DNA of 63,813 bases, counting the filler, from Piptocephalis cylindrospora (Eukaryota): assembly GCA_003614145.1 (NCBI GenBank). It is 3 parts of 3 records of this genome, joined end to end, with 100 filler letters (N's around TTAATTAATTAA, not from the genome) between each part and the next. Parts side by side here need not be neighbours in the genome. Positions count along the whole stretch, not along the records: positions 43,200 to 63,813 come from KZ987814.1; 2 more parts are not named here. One strand, written 5' to 3'. The number at the start of each line of letters is the position of its first letter. Within the stretch, counting starts at the first letter, position 1. The translations under genes and the position numbers were made by a program. The notes below the pieces were generated by a model. It did not search any database. It was not told the origin of the DNA and worked only from the letters and a program-made list of their open reading frames with translations. Of this stretch, positions 60,949 to 63,813 are shown in pieces.

Positions 60949-62191
60949 TCAAGAAAAGGCGGTGGCCTTCTCTTTGACATGATTTCTCCCAACCACTTGC
61001 TCAGTATACTCCCCAAAGGTCATGGTGGTGGAGGGGCCCATACCAGATGGATTCTTGAAAAGATTGGGGTCTCGGTGGAAGATGGTCAAATCCAGTGGAG
61101 GTTGAAGGAAGAGGGCAAACGTATCCCTAGACAGGGTGGGATCCGGGGACCGACGAACACAATGATAGGTGGCGAGGAGATGACCCTGAGAGGCCAATTC
61201 AAGGGCCTGACCCAGCTGGAAAGATAGACAATCCTGAGGGATGGAGACCGAGTGAAGGGTGCCCCATCGATCGCGGATAAGGAGGGAGGGGGAGTCTAGT
61301 TCGGCCCCCAGAACCTCCTGTCCCTCCCGGGTATACCTTGGGCTGGTGAGGCCAGTGAGGAAGGAGTGGTCCACATGCCATCCACACCATGAATCCTCGT
61401 CCTCCTGCTCTGCAGAGGAGGAGTTGGCGTCATTGGTATAGTAGTGGAGGAGACGTCCCTTGGTCGTGGCAGGGCCCTGAAGAGACTCCACTAACGGGAC
61501 CCTTGCTTCCTTGGGAACATGCTGAGCGACTAAAACGTATGGTTTTTTTTGGATAGCAGGAGTGAGATCATTAGCGTGTGTCTCTTTCCATAACCACTTA
61601 CTATAGGCATCACAATGTTGCGCTAGGGAGAGACCGACAGAGTGGATTAGCTTCCCAAGTTGACAAAAGGCATCTTGGAACCCAGGAACAAGGTCGGGTC
61701 TTGGCCATTGATTGTCATGGAGATAGACGGGGAAGCGGGCTCTTAGCTCCTCGGTGGTCTGGATGGGCTCTTGCTGTAGAGGGTTGGCGTAGAAGGAGCC
61801 TTTGGAGATATCCGGCTTCTGATTCACCCATTCTTTGCCGAGACTCCAGCCCGTCAGGAAGTTGGATTGAGGATGGGCCGTCTCTTCCTGGATAAAACGG
61901 GGAAGCTTGGAGTGCTCAAGAGACTTCAGTAGGGCCTCTTCCCGAAGAGGCAAGAGATTGGGGACATGACGGATGAAGATGACACCCAGAGCCGTAGGGC
62001 TATTCCCCAGCGCTTCCTATCCAGAGGATGCTCAAGAGGATGAGTGGGAGAGGCATGAAGGGAAGGGATGTGCATACCTGAATATGCTTGGTCAAGTCCT
62101 TGCCGGAAAGGAGATCTTGGTATTCCAGGACCACCACACCCTGGTCCGTCTTCTCCAGCTTTGGCATGGAGGGGCTGATAGTAAGGGTCAT
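60949..62191 (-). CDS. 2-oxoglutarate/Fe(II)-dependent dioxygenase (DIOX_N + 2OG-FeII_Oxy), multi-exon
   Basis: GWSLGKE, KGSFYANP, KGRLLHYY, HxD (WCGWHVDHSFLTGL), distal His (ATYHCVR), SRDTFALFLQP. Confidence 0.88.
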
Positions 62192-62517
62192 TGAGTTGGT
62201 TGAAGAGAAGATGTGGGATGGGGATGGGGCGTATGGATCATACACACATGCACCTTTTATAGGCATGTCTGGAGGACATCGGGGTGGGAATGTGGCACGA
62301 GTCTCCTTGACAACTCATGCTGAGTCGAAACATCAAAGATCGATGAAGGCCGTTTTCCCACACTCTTCTGCTGCTTCTCAGCAACGGGATGGCATGGTCT
62401 ATCCCATACTCGATTTGTACTCCTTTTATTTCATATTCAATGTACAGCCCCTTCCCTTTTATTGTAGTAGGCATACCAAGGGCATGTATTCAAAACAATC
62501 AACCCGCTCTTGGTCCG

Positions 62518-63359
62518 CTACTCTTGAGTCAAAAACCGAACCATGACCTCAGCAAACAAGAGTCGATCATCCTCCTGCTCATTTCGGTTCAGGATGTCCT
62601 TGGCAAACTCGGGGGAGAAGATGCCCTTGGCAGTACGGATCTCCACAAGCTTCTCAATAATCCCCGTGTGGAACTCTGGATGGCCCTGTACGGTGAGAAG
62701 TCGGCCTGGGAGGAAGAGCCCGTGGATAGGGGATATAGGAGTGGATCCGAGGCATTGGATGGTCCCATCTTCTCTCTTGGGCATGTCGAGTAGATGATCT
62801 CTGTGCATTTGATGTAATCTCTGTGGTTCGGAGACTGAATGAGTTGTGCCCATGACCATCCTTCCTCTCCCCTCTCCATCTTCCCATTTCAACTCACCAG
62901 AGTATCCCGTCCAAGAAGCCGCTTGCCGTCGGCGCTCAGGTTAATCTCGGTCCAGCCAACCTCCCAACCCTTGGGGTTCCTGACCACAGTGGCTCCTAGA
63001 GCCCGGGCAATAACTTGGTGTCCGAAACAAATCCCAATCACTCGGAAGGTCAGGGGGAGGTCAGCGCACCACTGGACTAGCCGAAGGATCCAAGGTTCAT
63101 CCGAGTGGGAATCCGCAGCAGACCCGGTAATCAAGGCCCCGTCAAACTCGTCTAAATTCTCTGGGTAGTCCTGGGCATGTCGAACGTCGAATGCCACCGT
63201 CTCTAGCTGATGGGTATTTGGGGACAGGACATGAAGGGCTGCATCTAGCAAGGATGTGAACATCTTTGGGTAATCGCCATACGATTCCTTGACCGGGTCG
63301 GGCGGGGTATCAGCGATGAGGAGAGCTACACGAAGGCGTTTTTGATCTTTAGCAGTCAT
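62518..63359 (-). CDS. Class I glutamine amidotransferase-like protein (YLR126C-type), 2 exons
   Basis: LITGS, nucleophile elbow GICFGHQ, HQMHRD, QGHPEF (His-x-Glu). Confidence 0.9.
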
Positions 63360-63813
63360 ACTGGGATGTAAGGATAAGAAGGGGAGGAGGAAGGAGGCGT
63401 GTTTAAGGAGGACGGAGTCATCCCCACCCGTATTCAACGTGTGTGTGTGCCCTTAAGTAGGGCGAGTCGGACCGCATCTCCTGATAAGTTAGAGGGGTTG
63501 GCTACACGGAGTCGATTTGGTTTCCCTTTCCCACCCGCCCCAATCTGGTGGGCGCTGGGCCTTCGTTGATATGGTCTTGTGCAGGAAGGTCGAGTTGGTT
63601 GGGGGAGAGCCAGCCCGTCCTTCAGGACAGAGGCATGTCCTGCACGCAGTGAGTAGAGGCTTGAAATTTTCAATGAAAAATAGACCTTTTTACTTATTTG
63701 TATGTCTTTTGTTTATACTGAGTGCTTTAGTGGACCTGAGGGACGGGTTCTCTCCTTTGGACGATTAAAAATATACTTTTGGGATGAGGATGGGTAAACT
63801 AAATAAACGGCCA

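Noticed and set aside
56434..63359. Methyltransferase + 2OG dioxygenase + amidotransferase as a biosynthetic cluster
   Set aside because: No backbone enzyme or transporter is present, and housekeeping genes (DUF4604, SDS23) are interleaved; all belong to widespread families.
52906..63359. DUG1 plus amidotransferase as a glutathione-degradation (DUG) cluster
   Set aside because: DUG3 is a class II (Ntn) amidotransferase, whereas this gene is class I, and the two are ~8 kb apart.

Overview
Eukaryotic (fungal) genomic DNA with short (~45-140 nt) GT-AG introns and pyrimidine-rich leaders. Gene style suggests an early-diverging fungus such as Zoopagomycota/Mucoromycota, which is inference only. 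Two identical 100-nt N spacers containing TTAATTAATTAA (21658-21757, 43100-43199) look artificial, so the window is probably three joined contigs. Conserved genes: cytochrome P450, kinesin-4-like motor, ACO2-type aconitase, PAN2, FKBP/FPR2 (KDEL), UBP8-like deubiquitinase, Bem46/ABHD13, DUF4210/FAM214 protein, UTP5, tRNA-Asp(GTC), MRPS9, DUG1, a methyltransferase-like protein, a DUF4604 protein, SDS23, a 2OG-Fe(II) dioxygenase and a class I glutamine amidotransferase. Gene-sparse stretches carry secreted peptidases (HExxH metalloprotease, S41), several unrecognised small secreted proteins (one 55-aa prepropeptide is missed by the ORF track), an internally deleted Tc1/mariner relic with 21-bp inverted repeats, a 305-bp foldback element with perfect 110-bp arms, and a diverged dispersed repeat. 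I found no convincing novel multi-gene system. The best leads are the foldback element, the Kex2-type micropeptide and other effector-like genes, a CTTGGCCAAG palindrome shared by peptidase promoters, and a methyltransferase with a degenerate SAM-binding motif.
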